64,000 bases of DNA from Dehalococcoidia bacterium (GCA_965221895.1 CBDCSX010000002.1:2626930-2690929), one strand, 5' to 3'; positions 1 through 9,518 are shown, numbered from the stretch's first letter. A program made the numbers and translations. Notes: generated by a model from the sequence alone, not told the origin.

Positions 1-2
1 GG

Positions 3-38
3 AGCATCGACGAGGTGATAGGCTTTCTGGACGGTTAG
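3..38 (+). CDS. Possible 3' end of an upstream gene (…SIDEVIGFLDG*), partial
   Basis: Open frame from the window edge to TAG at 36-38; too short to identify. Confidence 0.25.
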   Translation, partial: SIDEVIGFLDG

Positions 39-340
39 TTGAAGGAATTGGAGGGGGAAGGGGGGGTCGTGAACCGCGGCTGGGGGGCAGGCTCTGCGCG
101 GGAAAAACTGGAGGGGGCTTGGATGATAGGGGAGGGCGACGATGAGGGACGCGAGGACGGGAGGTGGGGGAAGGGGATGGGTCCCCGCATCCGCGAGGAC
201 AACGGATTGGGAAGGGCGGTTCGCGAACCGCCCTAGAGAGAGGTTGGCCACACGGTTGAATGTAACGGGCGACGACGAGGGACGGCCCTAGGGAAGAAGG
301 GACGGAGCGGGATGTTGTTGGAGGGGGAGGGCGGTTCTTG

Positions 341-642
341 GAGCCTGTTTCAGAAGTCGGACCTCTCCGAGAACTGGGCCTTCTGGATTCCTGCTTTCGC
401 AGGAATAACGGACCTTGGGGCCACATTCCATATTCTCGCCCGGGAGGTCGTCGGAAATCGTCTTGGCATACTTGGCATAAATCATAGGTCGGACCTCTCC
501 GAGAACTGGGCCTTCTGGATTCCTGCTTTCGCAGGAATAACGGACCTTGGGGCCACATTCCATATTCTCGCCAGAGAAGTCGGCGGAAATCGTCTTGGCA
601 TACTTGGTACGAATCATGGGTGAGGACTTTTGAAACAGGCTC
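341..642. mobile_element. MITE family 1, interior type A, internally duplicated or chimeric copy
   Basis: TIRs GAGCCTGTTTCAGAAG…CTTTTGAAACAGGCTC; interior unit present twice; flanks CTTG/ACAA do not form a TSD, consistent with fusion of two copies. Confidence 0.8.
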
Positions 643-878
643 ACAAGGGTCGCCCCTACGGAGGAGGGGTACAGAAAGGCATGATGTTGGAGTGGGAGGG
701 TGGTTCGTGAACCGCCGCTACGGGGGGCAGGCTCTGCGCGGGAAAAACGGGAGGGGGCTTGGATGATGGGGGAGGGCGACGATGAGGGACGCGAGGACAA
801 AGGATGGGGAAGGACGGTTCGCGAACCGTCGCTACGGGGAGGTTGGTCGAACGGTTGAATGTAATGGGCGGCCACGAG

Positions 879-1049
879 GAGCCTGTTTCAAAAGTCTCCG
901 CGCCTCTGTCGGCGGTGAAACGTTGCGACGCCAAGCGTAACCATGCCCAATAATACTACGACATACGACAAGCAGAGACATCGTTTCCGCCCTATGTCGT
1001 TTTGGTCGAACGGGGTCAAAGCCTGGCGTGCTATTTCTGAAACAGGCTC
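879..1049. mobile_element. MITE family 1, interior type B (171 bp)
   Basis: TIRs; TSD CGAG on both sides; removal restores the hairpin GGGCGGCCACGAGGGACGCCCC. Confidence 0.9.
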
Positions 1050-1247
1050 CGAGGGACGCCCCTATGGGAGGTGAGGGAGGGGATGGGTCCCCGCATCCGC
1101 GAGGACAACGGATGGGGAAGGCCGGTTTGCGAACCGGCCCTACGGTGCAAAGTAGGCGATGGGGGATGATGGGGAAAGGCAACCACATGATGTCGCCCTT
1201 ACGCGGGGAGGGATGGGCGTCGGTTTTTTCTCCGTGGGCGGTCTTGT

Positions 1248-1263
1248 TGTCATAGTAATGACA
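1248..1263. promoter_or_regulatory. Palindromic operator candidate TGTCAT-AGTA-ATGACA upstream of the sdh promoter
   Basis: Perfect 6-4-6 inverted repeat 25 nt upstream of the -35 box. Confidence 0.45.
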
Positions 1264-1288
1264 TACGACACATTCGAGGCAGGGGAAA

Positions 1289-1317
1289 TTGACAGTGTAG
1301 GTAGGGCTTATTACAAT
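1289..1317 (+). promoter_or_regulatory. Sigma70-type promoter for the sdh operon
   Basis: TTGACA-17 nt-TACAAT. Confidence 0.7.
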
Positions 1318-1448
1318 GGGCGCTAGCCCCACTATCGTAAACCCCGTGATGGGCCAGACGTGTCCTTGGCGAGGCCGGTGGTGGAAGCTATCCAACTTGA
1401 CCTCGTGGCGGGCATGGTTGGCCCTGCGGGGAAGCGAGAGGAGGGCCC

Positions 1449-3095
1449 TTGCCTCAACATGACGTTCTAGTAGTGGGCGGCGGATTTGCCGGGCTACGGG
1501 CAGCTCTGAGCGCCCGAGCTACCGGCACTGACGTGGCGGTGCTTTCCAAGGTACATCCGATGCGGAGCCACTCGTCCGGCGCACACAGCGGGATCAACGC
1601 CGCCCTCAAGTCGGGGGACTCCTGGGAGGCCCACGCAAAGGACACTATCGCCGCGGGTGGGGACTTATCGGACCGGAGTGCGGTGGAGGTGATGTGCCAG
1701 AGCGCTGCGGTGGACGTGGTGGCGCTGGAGCACATGGGGGTTATCTTCAATCGGGACGCAGAGGGTCGAATAGACGTTACTACTTTTCCCGGTTCCTCAC
1801 AGGCCCGGACGTGCTTCGTGGGAGATTCGGCGGGGCACGTGATATTGCAGGTGCTCTACGAGCAGATAGTGCGGTCGGAAATTCGCACCTACGACGAATG
1901 GTTCGTCGCGGCGCTGCTGATGGAAGATGGGATGTGCAAGGGAGTGATTGCGCGTGACCTGAGGTCGGGAGAGCTTCATCCTTTCCACGCCAAGTCGGTT
2001 GTGATGGCGACAGGGAACCTGGGCAGTATGTACAACGGAGGCACATGCTCGTTGACGGGCACGGGCGACGGTGTGGCCATAGCGTACCGGGCGGGGGTGC
2101 CTCTCATCGACATGGAGATGGTGCAATACCACCCCACGACGCTGGGGGACAGGGGCATTCTGATTACGGAAGCGGTGCGGTCCGAGGGCGCTCACCTGGT
2201 GAACAAGAAGGGCGAGCGGTTCATGGAGCGGTACGACGCGGACGCGATGGAGATGTCGACGCGGGACGTAATAACTCGGGCGGCGCTGACTGAGGTGCGG
2301 AAGAACAGGGGGGACAAGGGCCACGTGTTTCTGGACATGCGGCACATCGACAAGGCCCGCATGAAGGACAGGCTTCAGGAAACTTTGTGGATAATGGACG
2401 ACCTGGAGGGGTTGGACCCTTCGGACGATCTGATTCCGGTGAAGCCGGGAATGCATCGACCCCTGGGCGGCATACAGATTGACACCTTTGGGGCCACAGG
2501 GCTGCCGGGCCTGTACGCTGCGGGGGAGTGCGCTTCCACGGGCGTGCACGGAGCCAACCGGCTGGGAGGCAACTCGTTGTTGGACTGTATAGTCTTCGGT
2601 CGGCGGGCCGGGGAATCGGCCAGCCGCTATGCGCGAGGGGCCACGTGGAGACCCGCGGGTTCCGACCTGGTTATGGAGCAGGAGGCGATTCTCAACGAGG
2701 TAACGGAGAAGGACCCGAACGACGATACGCCCGGGGCCATCCGGCGGGAGTTGGGCGAGGTGATGGACAAGAATGTGGGGATTTTGCGGAGTCAGAGGGG
2801 ATTGAGGAGGGCCGCCAACGCGGTGGTCAAACTGCAGGAACGTCATGCGGCGCTGGGAGTGCGGGACAAGAGCGGGACCTATAACATCGAGCTCAGGTCT
2901 TTGAAAGAGTTGGGGAATATGCTTGACGTGGCTGAGGTGATCATCGCAAGTGCGGAGGCCCGGCAAGAGAGCCGAGGATGTCACTTCAGGTCGGATTTCT
3001 CCGAGAGGGATGACGACAACTGGATGAAGCGCATCGTGGCAACGCGGTCGGGGGACGGGCCGGCGCTCGACTTCGAGCCGGTAGATGCCGGCTAG
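1449..3095 (+). CDS. sdhA: Succinate dehydrogenase/fumarate reductase flavoprotein subunit
   Basis: GGGFAG Rossmann motif, RSHS FAD-His, QYHPT, RD, GANRLGGNSL, ESRGCHFR. Confidence 0.95.
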   Translation: MPQHDVLVVGGGFAGLRAALSARATGTDVAVLSKVHPMRSHSSGAHSGINAALKSGDSWEAHAKDTIAAGGDLSDRSAVEVMCQSAAVDVVALEHMGVIFNRDAEGRIDVTTFPGSSQARTCFVGDSAGHVILQVLYEQIVRSEIRTYDEWFVAALLMEDGMCKGVIARDLRSGELHPFHAKSVVMATGNLGSMYNGGTCSLTGTGDGVAIAYRAGVPLIDMEMVQYHPTTLGDRGILITEAVRSEGAHLVNKKGERFMERYDADAMEMSTRDVITRAALTEVRKNRGDKGHVFLDMRHIDKARMKDRLQETLWIMDDLEGLDPSDDLIPVKPGMHRPLGGIQIDTFGATGLPGLYAAGECASTGVHGANRLGGNSLLDCIVFGRRAGESASRYARGATWRPAGSDLVMEQEAILNEVTEKDPNDDTPGAIRRELGEVMDKNVGILRSQRGLRRAANAVVKLQERHAALGVRDKSGTYNIELRSLKELGNMLDVAEVIIASAEARQESRGCHFRSDFSERDDDNWMKRIVATRSGDGPALDFEPVDAG

Positions 3096-3186
3096 TAAGG
3101 GCGGCGATAGCGCTAAGGATTGAACCGGTCGAGAAGTAGGCAGGGATTCAAGAAACTGCCGTCATAGTCAGGAAGGAGCCTTTAAG

Positions 3187-4155
3187 ATGGAAGTAAAGTT
3201 TGCGGTTAAGCGATACGACCCGATAACCAACGCTGGGAGTTCTACGCAGACGTACAGCGCAGAGGTTGGAGAGGGGGATACCGTTCTTGACGCGTTGCTG
3301 CAGGTACGGGACGAGCAGGACCCGACGCTGGCGTTCCGGGGGAGCTGCCGGACGGGATTTTGCGGCGATTGCACCATGACGGTCAACGGCAAGGGAGCGA
3401 TTACGTGTCGGACCAAGGTGGCGAAGGCGTGGAAGGGCGCCGAGGACGGGGCCATTGAGCTTGAGGCGTTGAAGATGAGCAAGCCGGTCAAGGATTTGGT
3501 GTATAACGCGAGGGAATTTCATTGGGATAAATTCAAGGCTGTGGAGCCGTGGGTGGACCCGGTGCCGCCGCCGCCGGAGGGAGAGCACCTGGTTCCCGGC
3601 GGTCATAGCAAGCACCTGACGGCAGCTATGCGGTGCACCCAGTGCGGTCTGTGCGACCAGGGGTGCACGGTGTTGGTGGTGGACAAGACCTTTGTGGGGC
3701 CGGCGGCTTTGACGAAGGCCTACCGCGCCGTTGCAGATGAGCGGGACAGCCGGAAGCGTCAACGGCTGGACAAGCTAAGCCTCGCCCGGGGGATGTGGGA
3801 CTGCACTCACTGCTTCGAGGCCAGTGAGCATTGTCCGAAGTATATCGAGCCGACGGACCGGATTTTCGACATGCACGACATGGCCATCAAGGCTGAGGCG
3901 GGGCCGCCCAAGGTGGTGCACCACTACAAGAGCTTCGCCGCGTCGGTGAAGGCCCACGGGTGGCTGGACGAGGGGCGGCTGGCGATTGAGACGGAGGGGT
4001 ATACGAACGTGAAGGGGCTGATGAAGCTTTTGCCCTTCGCGGTGAAGGCTGCGATGAAGGGGAAGCGTCCGATGCCGTACATGCTGCACAAGAAGAGACC
4101 CGGCCACGAGCATATCAAGAGGATCTTTGAAAAGTGGGAATCTCAAGCGGAATGA
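3187..4155 (+). CDS. sdhB: Succinate dehydrogenase/fumarate reductase iron-sulfur subunit
   Basis: SCRTGFCGDC 2Fe-2S motif, CTQCGLCDQGC, CTHCFEASEHCP. Confidence 0.95.
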   Translation: MEVKFAVKRYDPITNAGSSTQTYSAEVGEGDTVLDALLQVRDEQDPTLAFRGSCRTGFCGDCTMTVNGKGAITCRTKVAKAWKGAEDGAIELEALKMSKPVKDLVYNAREFHWDKFKAVEPWVDPVPPPPEGEHLVPGGHSKHLTAAMRCTQCGLCDQGCTVLVVDKTFVGPAALTKAYRAVADERDSRKRQRLDKLSLARGMWDCTHCFEASEHCPKYIEPTDRIFDMHDMAIKAEAGPPKVVHHYKSFAASVKAHGWLDEGRLAIETEGYTNVKGLMKLLPFAVKAAMKGKRPMPYMLHKKRPGHEHIKRIFEKWESQAE

Positions 4156-4206
4156 GCCGCTAATTGAATCCGACAACACTATGACAACACAATCAGGAGG
4201 CGCTCC

Positions 4207-5139
4207 ATGATCACCAACGGCCAAGTGAAGCAGGAAGTGAAGACGAAATACGCATTTTACCCTGGCTGCGTGTCGCGGGGCGGCTGTCCGGAACTGTATG
4301 AAGCCGTGACAAAGGTGTCGGAGAAGCTGGGGCTGGAATTGGACGATGATGTGTTGGAAAGCGCGGGGTGCACCGGCGCCGGTGTGTTGAGCAAGGAAGT
4401 ATCGGACCCCATCAACGCTCGAACCTTCGCCCTGGCCGAAAGAGCAGGTCTGCCGATAATGACCATCTGCAGCACCTGCCAAGGGATTATGATGCAGGCG
4501 AACCACCGGCTGAAGGACGAAGAATACCGGTCGATGATCAACCGCAGGTTCCTGGTTGAGGAGGGGTTGACGTACAAGGGGACGACGGACATCCGTCACA
4601 TGCTCTGGGCTATTGTGGAGGACTTTGGGCTGGACAAGCTTAAGGATCTGGTGGTTCGTCCACTGAACGGCCTGCCTGTGGCCCAGTTCTACGGGTGCTA
4701 CATGAAGCGGCCACCGGAATTGATGGTGCCGAAGGAGTTCGCCAAGACTCGGAAGACGGCCCTAGAGGACGTTATTGAGGCGCTGGGCGGGAAGGCGGTC
4801 AAGAGTTCCGGTCGTGGGAAGTGCTGCGGCTTTCCCATTCTGACGTCAAACGAGGCTAATTCCCTTTCAATGTGCGGCGACCACATATTGGACGCCAAAG
4901 CCAAGGGCGCCAGGGCTATGGTTACTCCGTGCCCGCTGTGCCACCTGGAGTTGGACGGGAAGCAGGCGGATGCCGCCGCCCACAGGGGGGAGGAGATCAA
5001 TATGCCGGTGTTCCATTTGCCTCAGCTGGTGGGGCTGGCGTTGGGTTTCAGTTCCAAGGAGATGAACTTGCAGCGGCATCTGGTGTCCACGAAGCCCATT
5101 GAAGACGAGTTGGAGTTGGGCGTTGAGGTGAAGGCGTAG
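4207..5139 (+). CDS. sdhE: CCG-domain (HdrB/SdhE-like) membrane-associated subunit
   Basis: FYPGC…CSTC and FYGC…CCG…PCPLC repeats; directly downstream of sdhB. Confidence 0.85.
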   Translation: MITNGQVKQEVKTKYAFYPGCVSRGGCPELYEAVTKVSEKLGLELDDDVLESAGCTGAGVLSKEVSDPINARTFALAERAGLPIMTICSTCQGIMMQANHRLKDEEYRSMINRRFLVEEGLTYKGTTDIRHMLWAIVEDFGLDKLKDLVVRPLNGLPVAQFYGCYMKRPPELMVPKEFAKTRKTALEDVIEALGGKAVKSSGRGKCCGFPILTSNEANSLSMCGDHILDAKAKGARAMVTPCPLCHLELDGKQADAAAHRGEEINMPVFHLPQLVGLALGFSSKEMNLQRHLVSTKPIEDELELGVEVKA

Positions 5140-5199
5140 GCTTCTGTTTCCCCAGCCGTCCGGCTGGGGAGCGGGGACGATTCCTTCAGCGGATAGCTT

Positions 5200-5673
5200 A
5201 TGGCTAAAAGGTATTGGCTCTTCAAGTCTGAACCTTCCGCCTACTCGTTCGACGATCTCGTTGAAGACGGGGTGGCCGAGTGGGATGGGGTGCGAAATTA
5301 TCAGGCGCGGAATTTGCTGCGGGATGACATCAAGGAGGGGGACGAGGCGCTGTTTTATCACAGCAGTACGAAGCCCCTGGCGGTGATTGGAACCGCCGTT
5401 GTAGTGAAGGGCGGATACCCGGATTTCACGGCGTGGGACCCGGGCTCGGAGCACCCGGACCCGAAGAGCACGCCGGAGAATCCCCTCTGGTTCATGGTTG
5501 ACATAAGGGCGACCTCTCGATTCCTCCGTCCGGTGACGCGGGACATGCTGAAGTCGGCGCCGGAATTGAAGGATATGATGGTGCTTCGCAGGGGGGCGCG
5601 GTTGTCCGTTCAGCCGGTGACGAAGGGGGAGTGGGACTCGGTGGTGCGGATGGGGACGGCAATCGCCGACTGA
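5200..5673 (+). CDS. EVE domain protein
   Basis: YWLFKSEP…WDGVRNYQARN…FYHS…RLSVQPV. Confidence 0.9.
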   Translation: MAKRYWLFKSEPSAYSFDDLVEDGVAEWDGVRNYQARNLLRDDIKEGDEALFYHSSTKPLAVIGTAVVVKGGYPDFTAWDPGSEHPDPKSTPENPLWFMVDIRATSRFLRPVTRDMLKSAPELKDMMVLRRGARLSVQPVTKGEWDSVVRMGTAIAD

Positions 5674-5710
5674 AGGGGAGACCAGTCTTGGTGGGGCCAG
5701 TAGCGACAAG

Positions 5711-5773
5711 GGGCAGGTTTGAAACCTGCCCCTACGTGTGAAGGAGCGTTACGGAGGGGTGGAGGGCGAGGGA
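5711..5773 (+). repeat. Left 63-bp direct repeat bounding the TIR cassette
   Basis: 62/63 identical to 7941-8003; begins with the REP hairpin GGGCAGGTTTGAAACCTGCCCCTAC. Confidence 0.9.
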
Positions 5774-5933
5774 AAGATGGATTCCCGCCCCCGTCTTCAC
5801 GGGGGCAGGCTCTTCGCGGGACGCACCACATAGGCGTTCTGCCCTCGCGCAATCTCAGGTCTATTCTGGAATTGGGGAAGATATGATTATCCAATGACTA
5901 CGGAGATTGAAATGAAAGGTCATCGGTAGGAAA

Positions 5934-6497
5934 ATGGCTATACGGAGGAGAATCTTCTTTAGTTTCCACTATAAGCTGGACAATTGGCGGGCGTCCGAGG
6001 TTAGGAATATGGGCGTGGTCGAGGGCAACACGCCTGTTTCCGACAATACTTGGGAGACCGTCACGCGAGGCGGCGACGCTGCTATTAAGAGGTGGATTGA
6101 CGCCCAGATGTATGGAAAGCCAAGCGTCATTGTCCTGATAGGCGGATACACGTCGAGGCGCAAGTGGGTTAGATACGAGATAGAGAAAGCTTGGAACGAT
6201 GGGAGAGGGTTGGTGGGAATCCACGTTCACAACCTTCGGGACAGCGATCGAAAGCAAACTGTGAAAGGTGCGAATCCCTTCTATAGATTCAGCGTAAACG
6301 GAAAAAGGATGTCCAGCATAGTGAACGCCTTCGACCCTCCATACAAGCGGAGCACCAGCGTATACAACAACATAGCTGCCAACATAGCCGTCTGGGTTGA
6401 GGATGCTATCCGGATCCGGAATAACTATGGAGCGGGCGTTCATCAAGTCGCAAAACGGGTTCGTCAAGAAGCTTCACCAAGGCTCGCTCAAGCCTGA
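5934..6497 (+). CDS. TIR-domain protein (Thoeris ThsB / DUF1863-like); natural stop appears lost
   Basis: RRIFFSFHY…VIVLIG…RKWVRYEI with catalytic Glu; after the expected end (IRNNY) it reads 22 extra codons into the next gene. Confidence 0.85.
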   Translation: MAIRRRIFFSFHYKLDNWRASEVRNMGVVEGNTPVSDNTWETVTRGGDAAIKRWIDAQMYGKPSVIVLIGGYTSRRKWVRYEIEKAWNDGRGLVGIHVHNLRDSDRKQTVKGANPFYRFSVNGKRMSSIVNAFDPPYKRSTSVYNNIAANIAVWVEDAIRIRNNYGAGVHQVAKRVRQEASPRLAQA

Positions 6498-6663
6498 CGA
6501 TGTTTACAAGGTGGCTCCAACGGGCATGGGGCTTCTCGCCGTAGTGCGCTGTTTGGGTTCCGTCTCCATTTGGCTGTTCTATCCCTTGGTTGCCCTCACC
6601 ATTTTCCTCGCTTGGCTGCTCATAATTCCGTCCGACGCTCCGGGCAACAAAGGGCTGTCTTGA
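6427..6663 (+). pseudogene. C-terminal fragment of a small transmembrane protein (probable TIR-system effector)
   Basis: ERAF…CLGSVSIWLFYPLVALTIFLAWLLII hydrophobic helix; resembles from memory the C-half of TM proteins encoded beside DUF1863 TIRs; N-half absent. Confidence 0.5.
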
Positions 6664-7230
6664 CCGTAAAAAAAGATACCCAGACACAAGGTGTTCATTA
6701 GCTGCCACGATGAAGATCGCGAATACAAGAGACGCTTCCGCCAGATGATGGGGGATTCGGTTGTGGACGTTTCGGTGGACGAAGATGACATTGACGACAC
6801 CGGGATGGCAACGGAGACGATTAGTCGGGAGATACGCGACGAGTTCATTCGTCAGTCTTCCGTAACCATAGTACTCCTAGGCCCATGCACTTGGCAGCGA
6901 ATGCACGTGGACTTCGAGATTCATTTCAGTATTCGAGAAACCGACTTCAACCGAAGGTGCGGTCTTTTGGGCATCTTGTTGCCTGAACACCCGGACTACG
7001 GATCGGAAGAATACTGCGATAGATTGATACCTGCCAGACTCCCGGATAACATCGGTGGTAAAAACGCGTACGCAGAGCTTTACGATTGGCCACGGAAGCA
7101 TCCGGGAAGACGAGACAAAGTTCGTCAATGGATAGAAGAAGCGTTCAGTCGGCGAATGAAGATTGTCCCTGACAGCGGCAGGCCGTTGTTGCAAGGTAAT
7201 ATAGGTGGCAGTTGTTTAGATGGGTGGTAG
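6660..7230 (+). CDS. Second TIR-domain protein (DUF1863-like); 5' end frameshifted at an A7 tract or uses an alternative start
   Basis: RHKVFISCH…VTIVLLGPCTWQRMHVDFEI…RCGLLGILLP; TTG at 6660 overlaps the upstream TGA but is one base out of frame across A7 (6668-6674); main ORF 6691-7230. Confidence 0.8.
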
Positions 7231-7256
7231 CGTAAGCCTATGCAACGGGCGTTGCC

Positions 7257-7913
7257 AAATACAAGCCGTACTCCGCCTACAAGCCCTCCAGCGTTCCTTG
7301 GCTGGGCGAGGTGCCGTTCCATTGCGAGGTGAAGTGGCTCAAGGGTCACGTAACAAACGTTATTGACCTCAGTAGACCTCCACGCCACGACGATATTTCC
7401 CTTGCCCTTGAGCATGTCGAAAGCTGGACGGGGAGGTTCACCGCTGCTGGCAATGGGGTTGGATTCGATAGCCAGATGAAACGGTTTGGGGATGGAGACG
7501 TACTCTTCGGCAAGTTGAGGCCCTACCTGGCTAAAGATACTCGACCATGCCGGAATGGGCTTTGCGTAGGCGAATTTTGGTGCTCCGCCGCCGCAATAGG
7601 AATCTGTCACTAGGGTTTCTTAAGCAGTTTCTACGTTCCAAACCAGCTATTCATGTAATTGATGCATCGACTTTTGGGGACCAAATGCCCCGTGCGGGTT
7701 GGAAATTCATCGGTACATACGCCTCATCTCCCGCCACTTGCTGAGCAGACCGCCATTGTGGGGTACCTGGACAAGGCTACCGCTGCCATCGTCCGAGCCC
7801 GCCGCCAAATCGAATTTCGACAGGATTACCGAACCTGCCTCATCTCCGACGTGGTCACGGGTAAGTTGTACGTTCGGCAGGCGATGGTTGATTCTTCGTT
7901 GAGTTCGGAATGA
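7257..7913 (+). pseudogene. hsdS: Type I restriction-modification specificity subunit remnant, frameshifted, about half length
   Basis: KPYSAYKPSSVPWLGEVP, GDVLFGKLRPYL, PPLAEQTAIV..YLD, LISDVVTGK spread over different frames; no start codon. Confidence 0.8.
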
Positions 7914-7940
7914 CGTGCAACGATAGAATGTCTGGGGAGA

Positions 7941-8003
7941 GGGCAGGTTTGAAACCTGCCCCTACGTGTGAAAGAGCGTTACGGAGGGGTGGAGGGCGAG
8001 GGA
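7941..8003 (+). repeat. Right 63-bp direct repeat bounding the TIR cassette
   Basis: 62/63 identical to 5711-5773. Confidence 0.9.
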
Positions 8004-8099
8004 GGATTTCCGCCCCCGCAGGTGCGAGAATGGTAGAGGGGTTGGGGAGATGGATTCCAGTCTTCGTCTTCATGGGGGCAGGCTCTATGAGGGATGCCC

Positions 8100-9518
8100 C
8101 TACGTGGGTGGTTTGGGGGGGCGGTTCCTTCCTAAGTCGTCCAGCTTCTGACGAAGGAGGTTGCGGCGTTGCCTGGGGGTAAGTCGTCTCCAGAACCTTG
8201 TGCTGGGGCCGGAGGGTGGTTTGGTGAATACGCCGGGCTCCTGTGGTGATGGGGTTGTTGGGCTGGGCGCATCGTCGGGAGATTCCTCCACTCTTTCTAT
8301 GGGCCGACGCAAGGCTGGCATGAAGATGGCTATGAGCAGGAGAAGGACCAGCCCCCCTATCGCGTTGGCGGTGAGGGCGACGCTCATGCCGAAGATGGAC
8401 GCGAGTGCGCCAATTTCGACGTTGCCCATCTGACCGGTGCTGATGGCCAAACCCTGGGCGCCAAATACGCGGCTGTGGAAGTTGGTTGGGCTGCTGGTGA
8501 GGAGGATGCCGCTCTGCATTGTGGAGAAACCGCACTGGAAGATGCCCATGGCGATGAGGATGAAGAAGGAGAGGAGGAACCAGGGGGAAAGGGCGAATGC
8601 GAGGAGGAAGATGGCCACGCCGAGGCAGCCGCCCAGGAAGATTCTGCCGCTGATTTTGATGCGGCTTGCCAGCAATCCGATGAGGAGGGAGCCGAAAACG
8701 AAGCCTATGCCGTCGGCGGCGGCCAGGAGGCCCATGAGGCCAGCGCCGACGTGTAGGTGATCGGCGGCAATGACGGGGATGAATAGGTGGTATTGGAATA
8801 ATACGTTCATAACCACACTGGCGGTCAGCACGCCGGCAATGGCAGGGGTGGAATAAGCATATTTCAGTCCTTCGCCGATGCTTTTGATGACGGGACGGCG
8901 GGCAAGGGACGTAACCACGGGAGGGGTCTTCAGCAGGAATATGCAGACGAAGCCAAAAAGGTAGAGGCCGGTCAGGAGAACGTAGACGCTGATGGCGGTG
9001 CCCGATATCAGGAGGAGGACTCCAATGACGAGGGGGCCGACGATTCTGCCGGCGCTGAATCCCAACTGCTCCAAGGAGATGGCCTGCACGAGGTTGTCTT
9101 GGCCGACAACGTGGAACATGAGGGCCCTGCGGCTGGTGTTGTCGAAGGCCCGGCAGGCCCCTCGGATGGCGGCGGCAATGAAAAGGAAGTAGGGATCGAC
9201 GGACCCAATTAGGAGGATGACCAGCACACTAGCGACAACAGCCAAGCTGACTAGGTTGGAGGCCATGATGATGTGTCGCCGGTCCTTCCGGTCGCCGATG
9301 GCACCGGCGAGGAGGGTGAAGGCGAACATGGAGACGGTGTGGCTGAGGCCCAGCAGAGCCACCTGCCACGGAGAGCCGGTGAGCTGATGGATGAACCAAC
9401 CCATGACGAGGAGCTCGGACATGTCTCCGCTGGTGGAGATGCTGCCGTTGCTCAATAGAAACTGGAAGTTCCGGTTTCTTATGAGGTGGAAGAGGGGTTT
9501 TTTGATTCTGGGACGCAC
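8100..9518 (-). CDS. MFS transporter (DHA3/H+ antiporter-like)
   Basis: About 12 hydrophobic segments, GAIGDRKDRR motif A; Pro-rich tail running into the REP region. Confidence 0.9.
   Translation of the reverse strand: MRPRIKKPLFHLIRNRNFQFLLSNGSISTSGDMSELLVMGWFIHQLTGSPWQVALLGLSHTVSMFAFTLLAGAIGDRKDRRHIIMASNLVSLAVVASVLVILLIGSVDPYFLFIAAAIRGACRAFDNTSRRALMFHVVGQDNLVQAISLEQLGFSAGRIVGPLVIGVLLLISGTAISVYVLLTGLYLFGFVCIFLLKTPPVVTSLARRPVIKSIGEGLKYAYSTPAIAGVLTASVVMNVLFQYHLFIPVIAADHLHVGAGLMGLLAAADGIGFVFGSLLIGLLASRIKISGRIFLGGCLGVAIFLLAFALSPWFLLSFFILIAMGIFQCGFSTMQSGILLTSSPTNFHSRVFGAQGLAISTGQMGNVEIGALASIFGMSVALTANAIGGLVLLLLIAIFMPALRRPIERVEESPDDAPSPTTPSPQEPGVFTKPPSGPSTRFWRRLTPRQRRNLLRQKLDDLGRNRPPKPPT

Larger units (their letters stand above)
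69..1205. repeat. REP-like palindrome cluster with a ~200-bp internal direct duplication (about 69-275 vs 707-875)
   Basis: Hairpins GGGCGGTTCGCGAACCGCCC, GTCCCCGCATCCGCGAGGAC and GGGCG..CACGAGGGACGCCCCTA separated by G-rich spacers. Confidence 0.85.

Noticed and set aside
5200-5673. EVE gene as part of the defence cassette
   Set aside because: It lies outside the direct repeats, has host-like composition and follows the sdh operon.
6666-6675. Programmed -1 frameshift at A AAA AAA G
   Set aside because: The TIR frame needs +1 relative to the TTG start, not -1.
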